This document shows positions 55,787 to 64,000 of a stretch of DNA of 64,000 nt, piece by piece. The translations under genes were made by a program, and so were the position numbers. Origin of the DNA: Escherichia phage vb_EcoM-VR5; sequence record NC_028881.1; one strand, 5' to 3'. Numbering within the stretch: position 1 is the first letter of the stretch; each line of letters begins with the position of its first letter. Under the pieces are notes generated by a model. That model was not told the origin of the DNA. It saw only the letters and a list, made by a program, of their open reading frames with translations, and ran no database searches.

Positions 55787-56881
55787 TTGATAATGAAAGT
55801 AAAAGAAATTGACATTGACGTAGCCTCCTTATTTAAAGGAGGTTCAAAAACCTCCGCGGGACAATCTAAAGCTAAACCGGTCCAAACTACGGTAACAGCC
55901 CAGTATCCAGCAGAGAGGGCTTCCGGTAATGATACTTCTACAGATATGGTACTAAACGATTTATATAAAAATGGTTTACTTTTTACAGCATATAATTTTA
56001 GCTCTCGTGTATCACCCGATTTGCGTAATGACCGTTCGAGCCAAATGACTAAAAAGTTTTCAAAAGCCGCTAATAAACTTACCGGTAATACTGGTGGGTT
56101 CAGTGCGGTTAAAAACTTGTTTAGTAGCAACTCTAAAGGAGTAAAATTTGATAGCCAGGCTTTAGCAAACATTTTACTCCCACGTTCCAAGTCTGATGTG
56201 GATTCGGTCACCCATAAATTTAATGATGTAGGCGAATCATTAATTACTAAAGGCGGTGGTACTGCTACAGGTATTTTGAGTAACGTTGCTAGTACGGCGG
56301 TATTTGGTGCATTGGAATCTGTAACTAATGGGGTAATGGCTGATTCAGGAGAACAGATATATACCACAGCTCGTAGTATGTACGCAGGACCTGATAACCG
56401 TACTAAAGTATTTACTTGGGAAATGACCCCTAGAAATGCTCAGGACCTTATCCAGATTATCAAAATATACGAAATCTTTAATTATTATTCTTATGGCGAA
56501 ACAGGCAACTCCGCCTTCGCAGGTGAATTAAAAGAGAAGATTGACACATGGTACAGGTCTACATTTAAAAAAGAAGCTATTGATAACTTTGATGGTAAGC
56601 TATTAGGAGAAGGTATTACAAGTTTCCTTTCCAATGTTATTGTAGTAAGTAACCCAACCATTTGGTATATTCGAAACTTTGGCGATACAAGTTCATATGA
56701 CGGGCGCGAAGATATTTTTGGGCCGTGTCAAATCCAGAGTATACGATTTGACAAAACTCCCGATGGGCATTTTAATGGTTTGGCTATTGCTCCTAACTTA
56801 CCATCTACATTTAGTTTAGAAGTTACTTTCCGTGAAATCATTACTTTGAACCGTGGCTCACTTTATACGGAAGGATTCTAA
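55787..56881 (+). CDS. 48: gp48 baseplate tail-tube cap protein
   Basis: 364 aa; T4 order. Confidence 0.9.
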   Translation: MIMKVKEIDIDVASLFKGGSKTSAGQSKAKPVQTTVTAQYPAERASGNDTSTDMVLNDLYKNGLLFTAYNFSSRVSPDLRNDRSSQMTKKFSKAANKLTGNTGGFSAVKNLFSSNSKGVKFDSQALANILLPRSKSDVDSVTHKFNDVGESLITKGGGTATGILSNVASTAVFGALESVTNGVMADSGEQIYTTARSMYAGPDNRTKVFTWEMTPRNAQDLIQIIKIYEIFNYYSYGETGNSAFAGELKEKIDTWYRSTFKKEAIDNFDGKLLGEGITSFLSNVIVVSNPTIWYIRNFGDTSSYDGREDIFGPCQIQSIRFDKTPDGHFNGLAIAPNLPSTFSLEVTFREIITLNRGSLYTEGF

Positions 56882-57834
56882 TGTATACTTTACAAGAATT
56901 TCAGAATCAGGCAATTAATATTGACCTACAAAGGAATAACCTGTTTAGCGTAGTATTTGCTACAGTTCCTTCTTCTAAATCCCAAGCGCTCCTCGACCAG
57001 TTCGGTGGAGCTTTATTTAACAACATCCCTTTAAATACAGATTTGTTGGGTATTACACAAGGAGAGTTGACTCAAGGTGTTACGACATTAGTGACAGCGG
57101 GCACTCAGAAGTTGATTCGTAAGTCAGGCATAAGTAAATATCTGATTGGTGCTATGTCATCCAGGGTTGTGCAGAGTTTACTAGGTGAGTTTGAAGTCGG
57201 GACTTATCTTATGGATTTTTTCAATATGGCTTATCCTACTGCAGGGCTTTTAGTCCATGCAGTTAAAATCCCGGATAACACGTTGAATTATGAAATGGAC
57301 CTTAACCATAACTCTCCTAATATAAAAATCACCGGAAGAGAATATTCCCCATTAGTATTAAGCTTCCGTATGGATTCTGAAGCTGCTAACTATCGTGCTT
57401 TTAATGATTGGGTCAATAGTGTCCAAGACCCTATTACGCAGCTAAGAGCATTACCTGAAGATGTTGAAGCTGACATCCAAGTTAACCTTCATTCTCGTAA
57501 TGGATTGCCGCATACGGTAGTAATGCTTAATGGATGCGTTCCTGTTAGTGTTTCATCACCGGAATTATCCTACGACGGTGATAACCAAATTGCTTCGTTT
57601 GATGTTACATTTGCTTATAGAAGTATACAGACAGGTGCAGTTGGTAAACAAGCTGCTTACGAATGGTTGGAAGATAAAGTCCTTAAAGGTGTAGCGGGTC
57701 TAAGTGAGAGTAACTCATTAAGTTCTTCTGTAGCTAAATTGAGTAGACTTTCAGGAGCTTCTAGTGGATTGACTGGATTGGTTAATACATTTGGCGGGCG
57801 TGCTATCAATAACGGAATATCAAGGTTGTTATAA
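56881..57834 (+). CDS. 54: gp54 baseplate tail-tube initiator protein
   Basis: 317 aa; T4 order. Confidence 0.9.
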   Translation: MYTLQEFQNQAINIDLQRNNLFSVVFATVPSSKSQALLDQFGGALFNNIPLNTDLLGITQGELTQGVTTLVTAGTQKLIRKSGISKYLIGAMSSRVVQSLLGEFEVGTYLMDFFNMAYPTAGLLVHAVKIPDNTLNYEMDLNHNSPNIKITGREYSPLVLSFRMDSEAANYRAFNDWVNSVQDPITQLRALPEDVEADIQVNLHSRNGLPHTVVMLNGCVPVSVSSPELSYDGDNQIASFDVTFAYRSIQTGAVGKQAAYEWLEDKVLKGVAGLSESNSLSSSVAKLSRLSGASSGLTGLVNTFGGRAINNGISRLL

Positions 57835-57840
57835 CAAAAA

Positions 57841-57860
57841 AGGAGAGCGTATGCTCTCCT
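57841..57860. terminator. Bidirectional terminator after gene 54
   Basis: AGGAGAGC-GTAT-GCTCTCCT hairpin flanked by A-run and T-rich tract. Confidence 0.6.
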
Positions 57861-57868
57861 TTAGGGGT

Positions 57869-58159
57869 TTACTTACGGAACGAAATGAAACCTGCTGCAG
57901 TCATTAAGGGTTGCTTTTTAACAAATACAGTAACTGAAATAGGAGCTTCGGATTCAAGCTGACCTGTCACTACACCATTAAAGATGTTTTCGGTTTGCTC
58001 AGGTTGTGAAAAATTTTCAACCGGGCGTAAGTCGAACTGCTTGTCTTCACCGAAAACACGACGTAATTCATTACCTACTGCACTGTCGAACTCTTCAGAA
58101 GCCGGGATAACGTTTTCAACTACCAGTTCTTGACCATTAAAGCGGAATGATGATTTCAT
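57869..58159 (-). CDS. Hypothetical early protein (96 aa)
   Basis: ORF with AGGAGA ribosome-binding site; early promoter P6 upstream. Confidence 0.5.
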   Translation of the reverse strand: MKSSFRFNGQELVVENVIPASEEFDSAVGNELRRVFGEDKQFDLRPVENFSQPEQTENIFNGVVTGQLESEAPISVTVFVKKQPLMTAAGFISFRK

Positions 58160-58187
58160 AATGTTCTCCTCATGTTTGTGTAAGGTA

Positions 58188-58217
58188 ATAGTACCACATC
58201 CTTGTGGTGTTGTAAAC
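58188..58217 (-). promoter_or_regulatory. Early promoter P6 (GTTTAC-N18-TACTAT)
   Basis: Reverse strand GTTTACAACACCACAAGGATGTGGTACTAT immediately downstream of the alt stop. Confidence 0.5.
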
Positions 58218-58219
58218 TG

Positions 58220-60268
58220 TTATCTGAATTTTTCCGGAAGGGCATTGATATCAGTCAATGCACACAGGATTTTATCAACTTCGTTATCTGAAGCTTCTTT
58301 AGATTCTGTAAGGAACCCAGAGAAAGATAATGTTTTGTTTACTGGTTCCAACTTACCGGATTCCAAGAACAAATCACCGTCGTAAACTACTTCGCTTTCG
58401 GCGACGATACGGTCCAGGTCCATTACTTCACACTCTAACAAGAAACGGTTAAAGGATTTAGACAGGCTAGCCGTAGTGGTCTTGTTAACTCGCAGTGTAG
58501 TACCACGTGGCAACAGAACTTCAGCCTCTTCAGGGTATTCAGACAAACTACCTGGCATAATAACCTTAATCTTCTCAATACCACGAATAACAAATGAGAT
58601 ATCAATCTTAGAATTACCTTCGGTTTTCAGTGCATTAGTTACTGTCTGGTTAGCATCTTGTGAACGCCAATCATCAGAGAATGCATGACCATCAGTATAA
58701 GTAGACGAGAAGTCATCTAATGTGATACCCATACCATTGCCGGACATTTGTCCAGGAACGTTACTAAAAATGTTAGGCTTCAACGAAGTAGAAACATAGT
58801 TACGGAAGTAGAATGTACGGCCTGTAATATTGCGACGAAGAGTATTAGAATCACCACCCTGACCACGATAAACCGTAGTACCCTTAGGCAAAGTTACACC
58901 TTTAGAGAACGCGCTATCAAGTTTCTCAATTTCACCTTCAACAAACTTAATGGAAGTATCCTCATCAGGAGTACCAAGCAAGAACGTGTTAATATCATAG
59001 AACGAGTTCATACAATATTCTGATACAGCCTGTTTTTCTTCCTTGGTAAGGTCTGCTTCTGGTTCAACGTTCTGGGCCACTTCATACGAATTGGTAAAAA
59101 CATCATCAATCATCTGAGTAATAATAGCCATAGGACGTTGAAGAGCCTGGGCCTTAACATCTACATCTACCGAAGAACCTGCAGTAATTTCACGAACAAT
59201 TCTTTGCATGATTTCGTACGAGTTTGTAGTATCAAGATTTTTAAATTCTTCAGCCATCAATCTAACGATGTCAGAAGGGTAATTTCTGGTACGTAGCTTA
59301 CCTTTAGCTTCGGATAATGCATCCATTAAAGAAGATACTTGAGGTGATAAACCGGAACTAGACGAAATATTAATATAAGCCAATTCAGATTGGGTTTTCT
59401 TAGCAAAGGTCTTCATAGAGGCTTCAAATGATTCGAATTCTTTAGATTTCTTACCATCTGATTTATATAAAGGAACTTCGTCATCATACTTAGCAAAGAT
59501 TTTAGCAGTCTCTGCATCGGCCTCAATATTTTCAGGAGTAACTGCGTATTGAGCCGCAATAGTAGCACGAACGTTTAATTTAGTACGAGAGATAACAGCC
59601 TTATCGGTACGCTTTTCTTCAACCTGCGCTACAGAAGCTACAACGGCTTCAACCTTACTTACGGCTTGGCCAGTTTTCTTGGAAACATAAACTTCGCCAA
59701 CTTTAGAATCAACTTTAGTATAAAGGTCAGCATCAATTTCCGGCATGCCTTTGATGTCTTCGATATTCGCACCACGACGTACTAAAAGAACGTAAGTATG
59801 TTTACCGCTGAACTGGAACATATCATTAACAACTTTAAACTTACCACCTGTACGAGCCATGGCCAAACGAGCCAATACACGTTGTACAGTAGGACCCTTA
59901 CCTTTCATTTTCTTAGTAGGGAAACGGAACAGAACTGCATCCATTTTAAGTTTATTTACTTGTTCATATACCGTATCGAAAATAGTATTCAATGCACCAA
60001 GTGGGTCAGAACCAAGTCCACCTTTGAGTTCAGCCGGGGCACCTTTGCTTGACAAACTCATTAGAATAACATGAACATATTTGTCACCTGGCTTAACCAT
60101 TTTAACTGCGTCTCCTTGAGACGCATAAGATACCATACGAGCCACAAGGTTATCATTACCTGGTGCTTGGATAGAGAAAATCTGTGGGATACCGGAACCT
60201 GGTTTAAGATTTGTTACTGGATAGTTTTTAGCTGAATCACTATCAAAAACTTCGTTTAAATTTTCCAT
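58220..60268 (-). CDS. alt: Alt-like ADP-ribosyltransferase (packaged head protein), copy 1
   Basis: 682 aa (same length as T4 Alt); N-terminal L-x-E motif; ADP-ribosyltransferase-type Arg / STS / Glu motifs (FYFRNYVSTSLKPNIF). Confidence 0.85.
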   Translation of the reverse strand: MENLNEVFDSDSAKNYPVTNLKPGSGIPQIFSIQAPGNDNLVARMVSYASQGDAVKMVKPGDKYVHVILMSLSSKGAPAELKGGLGSDPLGALNTIFDTVYEQVNKLKMDAVLFRFPTKKMKGKGPTVQRVLARLAMARTGGKFKVVNDMFQFSGKHTYVLLVRRGANIEDIKGMPEIDADLYTKVDSKVGEVYVSKKTGQAVSKVEAVVASVAQVEEKRTDKAVISRTKLNVRATIAAQYAVTPENIEADAETAKIFAKYDDEVPLYKSDGKKSKEFESFEASMKTFAKKTQSELAYINISSSSGLSPQVSSLMDALSEAKGKLRTRNYPSDIVRLMAEEFKNLDTTNSYEIMQRIVREITAGSSVDVDVKAQALQRPMAIITQMIDDVFTNSYEVAQNVEPEADLTKEEKQAVSEYCMNSFYDINTFLLGTPDEDTSIKFVEGEIEKLDSAFSKGVTLPKGTTVYRGQGGDSNTLRRNITGRTFYFRNYVSTSLKPNIFSNVPGQMSGNGMGITLDDFSSTYTDGHAFSDDWRSQDANQTVTNALKTEGNSKIDISFVIRGIEKIKVIMPGSLSEYPEEAEVLLPRGTTLRVNKTTTASLSKSFNRFLLECEVMDLDRIVAESEVVYDGDLFLESGKLEPVNKTLSFSGFLTESKEASDNEVDKILCALTDINALPEKFR

Positions 60269-60271
60269 TAT

Positions 60272-62326
60272 TTACCCTTGGATGAATTTTTCTGGCATAT
60301 CATTAAGATTCATACATGATGCTAAAAGAGGTAGTACATCAAACTTAGTTGATTTTACAAATGAGTCAAAAGATACAGGGTTTTCGGTAGTATCGAAATC
60401 ATCTTGATACACAACCAATTCACCGGTTTCCATTAACATGTTTCCATCATATACTACTGACTCTTGAAGCTCATCTGATGTCATAACTTCGGCTTGAACT
60501 AATTTATTATTAGTTTTAGAAGTACCGTCGTTATAAGAAGCATCTGTTATTTTATTAATTTTGAGCATTAACCCACGTGGAAGAATAATTTCCATTTCGT
60601 TAGAAGGAGCAAGACCTGCACCAGGGAACACCACGTTTATTTTGTGAGCACCTGAAATAGCCCAACCGATACCAACTTGGTCGTCATTAGACTTAACAAG
60701 TCCTTCATCCGATTTGTCTATGGAAACATCTAAACGGACTTCATCAGGCAGAGTACCTACTGAAGCATCTGTCATCCAAGTACCAAAAATATTAGGATAT
60801 AAAGATGTAGATACAAAGTTTCTGAAATAGAATACCTTGTTTTTAACCATTGCTTCGTAAATAGGTGGAATCATTTTCTGGGAACGATACAGTGTAATTC
60901 CTTCTGGTAATCTATCACCATTTTTAAAAGCATCATCTAAGTTATCAATAGCTTTTTCGATTTCCGGGCCAGTCAAAATACTAGAACGAACTTCTGGATT
61001 GTATATACCTAAAAGTGCATTGTTCATATCTTCATAACCGGAACCAACATACTCACGGATACCACGTTTTTGTGCTGGAGTATACTGGGTTTCATCTCGG
61101 TTATCAACAATAGAGAACATTGTCCAACCGGCAGCCAATGCAAATCCACGAATTTCTTTTTTAATGACCTTAGTCTTAGCGACGTTCCAAGAGCTTTCAG
61201 ACAATTCCATGGCTACAGTATAATCTAAATTAGAATGTTTAGCAAAGAATTTTCCTAACCAGGCACCTTTATATTCTTCAAGAACTTCGTTTAGTACTGA
61301 AGCAAAACTGCTTAATGCATCCATAGACGTTATAGGCTTACCGTGGATTTTTTGGAATGCACGAACTTTAACATCATGGTCGACTTCTTTTATTTTGCTT
61401 TTAGTTACTATTCCGCTATCGGCAAAGGCATCACCAACACCATTTATATTTGTAACTGTATTAAGAACACTTTCTAAAGAAAACGATGCGGTAGAAATAG
61501 TAGATAATTCGTTAGATTGTGGAATAAGTGGCGCGGTAGCAGGTTTACTTAATTCGGATGCAGAAGCTTCAAATTTGGTAAACATAGGTGTTTCAAAACG
61601 CGCTGATTCTAAGGATTGCGACATAGCAATAGCACGTCGTGAAATCTTGGTCTTAGTAATAACGGTTTTATCTGTACGGCGTTCTTCAACCTTAGCAATA
61701 CTACCTGCAATAGCGGTTTCTTTAGTAACCTGTACACCTTCTTTTTTGCTTACATAAACATCACCAACATCAGAATCAACTTTAGTATAAAGTTCAGCAT
61801 TAATTTCTGGAATACCTTTGATGTCTTCAATATTAGCTTGTTTACGGACAACTAAAATATAAGTATGCTTGCCAGTGAATTCATACATGGCAGGAACTAC
61901 TTTAAAACGGCCACCAGTTTTCTGTGCAACTAAACGTTGAATAAGGCGCTGTACGATAGGACCTTGTCCTTTCATTTTCTTAGTAGGAAAACGGAACATA
62001 ACCGCGTCCATACGAAGTTTTTTAACTTGCTCGTATACTACATCAAAAATGGTATTAATAGCATCAATAGGAGTTGCTCCTAAGCCACCTTTTAATTCGG
62101 CAGGGGCGCCTTTGGCTGACAGACTCATTAAAATAACGTGAGCATATTTGTCGCCTAATTTAACTTGTTTGATAGCATCACCTTCAGATGAATATGACAC
62201 CATACGTGCTACCAATTGAGACTCAACGCCGCCAATCTTCCAAATCTGTGGTACTTTAAGTTTCGGGTTCAAGTTTACAGTAGGTAATGTACCTTCAGAC
62301 TCGAACACTTCATTTAATTGGGTCAT
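60272..62326 (-). CDS. Alt-like ADP-ribosyltransferase paralog, copy 2
   Basis: 684 aa; first ~200 aa well conserved with copy 1, central region diverged; STS motif FYFRNFVSTSLYPNIF retained. Confidence 0.85.
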   Translation of the reverse strand: MTQLNEVFESEGTLPTVNLNPKLKVPQIWKIGGVESQLVARMVSYSSEGDAIKQVKLGDKYAHVILMSLSAKGAPAELKGGLGATPIDAINTIFDVVYEQVKKLRMDAVMFRFPTKKMKGQGPIVQRLIQRLVAQKTGGRFKVVPAMYEFTGKHTYILVVRKQANIEDIKGIPEINAELYTKVDSDVGDVYVSKKEGVQVTKETAIAGSIAKVEERRTDKTVITKTKISRRAIAMSQSLESARFETPMFTKFEASASELSKPATAPLIPQSNELSTISTASFSLESVLNTVTNINGVGDAFADSGIVTKSKIKEVDHDVKVRAFQKIHGKPITSMDALSSFASVLNEVLEEYKGAWLGKFFAKHSNLDYTVAMELSESSWNVAKTKVIKKEIRGFALAAGWTMFSIVDNRDETQYTPAQKRGIREYVGSGYEDMNNALLGIYNPEVRSSILTGPEIEKAIDNLDDAFKNGDRLPEGITLYRSQKMIPPIYEAMVKNKVFYFRNFVSTSLYPNIFGTWMTDASVGTLPDEVRLDVSIDKSDEGLVKSNDDQVGIGWAISGAHKINVVFPGAGLAPSNEMEIILPRGLMLKINKITDASYNDGTSKTNNKLVQAEVMTSDELQESVVYDGNMLMETGELVVYQDDFDTTENPVSFDSFVKSTKFDVLPLLASCMNLNDMPEKFIQG

Positions 62327-62360
62327 AATAATTCCTCTCTAATAACCTTATTTATGCCAT

Positions 62361-62378
62361 AAAGGGCCCGAAGGCCCA
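62361..62378 (-). terminator. Stem-loop terminator
   Basis: AAAGGGCC-CGAA-GGCCC hairpin between the 62381 gene and alt copy 2. Confidence 0.45.
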
Positions 62379-62380
62379 TA

Positions 62381-62587
62381 TCAGTATAGTGGAACAATAG
62401 GGACTAAAGTTCGATATAGCTCGAAATTATATCCTTTTTCATATTTTGATAACTTTCCTGCAAATACTTCAAACTCATCACGCGAGTTGAAATCAAGGAT
62501 AGTCGTTGTTACAGAGGTAGAAACTTCACCAGAGCCGTTACCACCTTGACGTTGTGCAATAATAACTAATTCTAAATAAGCTTTCAT
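62381..62587 (-). CDS. Hypothetical small protein
   Basis: ORF 62381..62653; start assigned to MKAYLEL at 62587, immediately after the ligase stop. Confidence 0.45.
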   Translation of the reverse strand: MKAYLELVIIAQRQGGNGSGEVSTSVTTTILDFNSRDEFEVFAGKLSKYEKGYNFELYRTLVPIVPLY

Positions 62588-62588
62588 A

Positions 62589-64000
62589 TTAAAGTCCTGT
62601 CTGAGACCAATCACCAAATACGTCTTCAAACGTATCAGCTTCTGTTTTATCAAATCGCCAACCTTTAATGATTGGAAGGAAAATACCTACAGTATCAGTA
62701 CGTCCTTTAGAATGAACCCAACCATTGCATTCACAATCAGCAATACGTCCAATCAACTTACCTTCACGTGCTTGTTTCATAAGAAGTTCACGGTCTAAAT
62801 CAGGACGGTCTTCCAATGGAATCAACACCTTTTTACCTGATTTATCTTTCTTATGGGTAGTATCTTTAAAGCCGGAACCACAGTCACTTGTAATTCGACG
62901 ACAACGTGATACTAACTCGACACCACCAAGTTTGTTAGGGTCTTTAGAGTGTTCATAATAACCTACTACTTCTAAAGCGATATCGATTACTTCTTTGAAC
63001 TTGATAAGATTCTTAGAACGGCGGTTTTCCCAGTAGGAGTCCATGTTCTTAAGGATAATACCTTCCAGACCTTGGTCGACGTATTTTTTATAAACGACTT
63101 TAGCTTCAGCCAAATTGTTAACCCATTGGTTTTCAATAGCTTCAACACGTGTTGTACCATGCAATACGACATTATGAGCAACCATAAGTTCTAAGGCAGT
63201 AAAGCGTACATCATACTTATCGCCTTTAATTTTACCTTCAGAATACACTACATCTAACGGAACGTAATCCCACGCCTGTAATACCATGCCAGCAGCTTCA
63301 GTAGCAGAAATAGTTCCTTGAAGAGCTTTGTTAGCCAAGCCGTTTGATGTAGAACGATCGGCGACGGTTTGGAATTCCTTTGCCTTACTTAATTCAGGGA
63401 CTTCTTCATCAAACATGCTAAACAAGTCATTGGATGTTTTAGGTTCAACCTTAGGGGTATGGTAAACTAATTCACCATCAATCATAACACCATTAGGATG
63501 ACGTTTACGAGCTTCTTCAGTCATCACCATTAATTCGGCTGCCAAAAGATTAAGTCCTTGGTATTCATTACCACCACGGGTAAGGAATGTAACACCCGAA
63601 TCACGTACTTCAGCAAAGCAACGGGCCCCATCAGCTTTTAATTGAGCAAATGCGGGCCATTTAATATTTTTCTTAATCAGAGCTTCATCATAAGAACTAG
63701 CCAACATCTGAGGTTGTTCAGGGATTAAACCTTTCCAAACCTTGTTGGCAATAGAAATCGATGCACCACATTCAAGGTCCCGCATCATTACTCGACGTAA
63801 AACCTCAGCATCCGGACCCTTGGCATCAGCAATAATTTGGGCAAGTTCTTCAATAGCCGCATTACCTGTAATCTTACGGGTGGCTAGTGTGAACTCAGCG
63901 AAATCAAGAAGGTCTTCAAGTGTAATCATACCAAAGGATTGAGACGTAAATCCAGGTTCTGGCCACTTTTTAATACCGTAGTTTAATCGACGCGTATAAG
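62589..64000 (-). CDS. 30: gp30 ATP-dependent DNA ligase, partial (N-terminus lies beyond the window end)
   Basis: Adenylation motif I AQLKADGARCFAEV; reading frame stays open upstream of the track's Met to the window edge (...YGIKKWPEPGFTSQSFGMITLEDLL). Confidence 0.92.
   Translation of the reverse strand, partial: YTRRLNYGIKKWPEPGFTSQSFGMITLEDLLDFAEFTLATRKITGNAAIEELAQIIADAKGPDAEVLRRVMMRDLECGASISIANKVWKGLIPEQPQMLASSYDEALIKKNIKWPAFAQLKADGARCFAEVRDSGVTFLTRGGNEYQGLNLLAAELMVMTEEARKRHPNGVMIDGELVYHTPKVEPKTSNDLFSMFDEEVPELSKAKEFQTVADRSTSNGLANKALQGTISATEAAGMVLQAWDYVPLDVVYSEGKIKGDKYDVRFTALELMVAHNVVLHGTTRVEAIENQWVNNLAEAKVVYKKYVDQGLEGIILKNMDSYWENRRSKNLIKFKEVIDIALEVVGYYEHSKDPNKLGGVELVSRCRRITSDCGSGFKDTTHKKDKSGKKVLIPLEDRPDLDRELLMKQAREGKLIGRIADCECNGWVHSKGRTDTVGIFLPIIKGWRFDKTEADTFEDVFGDWSQTGL

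Noticed and set aside
54233-56367. Minus-strand ORFs (180 aa and 196 aa) inside gp29 and gp48
   Set aside because: Antisense to well-supported baseplate genes; low-complexity translations

Overview
This window is a contiguous segment of a T4-like (Tevenvirinae-type) myovirus genome; the identification rests on protein-level recognition of the six-frame ORF translations and on motifs read directly from the DNA, with no database search run. Reading left to right: (1) an early, minus-strand accessory region (1-6270) with a five-member array of small paralogous proteins, a PspA-like coiled-coil protein, a tRNA cluster, and two internal-protein genes carrying the MKTYQEFI capsid-targeting sequence; (2) the conserved late block 57B-57A-1-3-2-4 (minus) and 53-5-5.4-6-7-8-9-10-11-12-wac-13-14-15-16-17-18-19-20-67-68-21-22-23 (plus); (3) an early minus-strand gene wedged between gp23 and two tandem gp24 paralogs; (4) rnlB, an expanded hoc locus (collagen-like protein, Hoc-like paralog, hoc), inh, uvsW, uvsY; (5) baseplate hub genes 25-26-51-27-28-29-48-54; (6) two tandem alt paralogs and the 3' part of DNA ligase gene 30 running off the window. 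Transcription signals are readable: TATAAATA late promoters (several divergent pairs), six sigma70-like GTTTAC-N17/18-TACTAT early promoters on the minus strand, and many GC-stem tetraloop terminators. The most interesting candidates are the expanded hoc locus, the small-paralog array with a conserved C-terminal WVSSSxxC tail, the duplicated gp24 and alt genes, and a repeated structured motif in the 5' leaders of tail genes 19 and 3.
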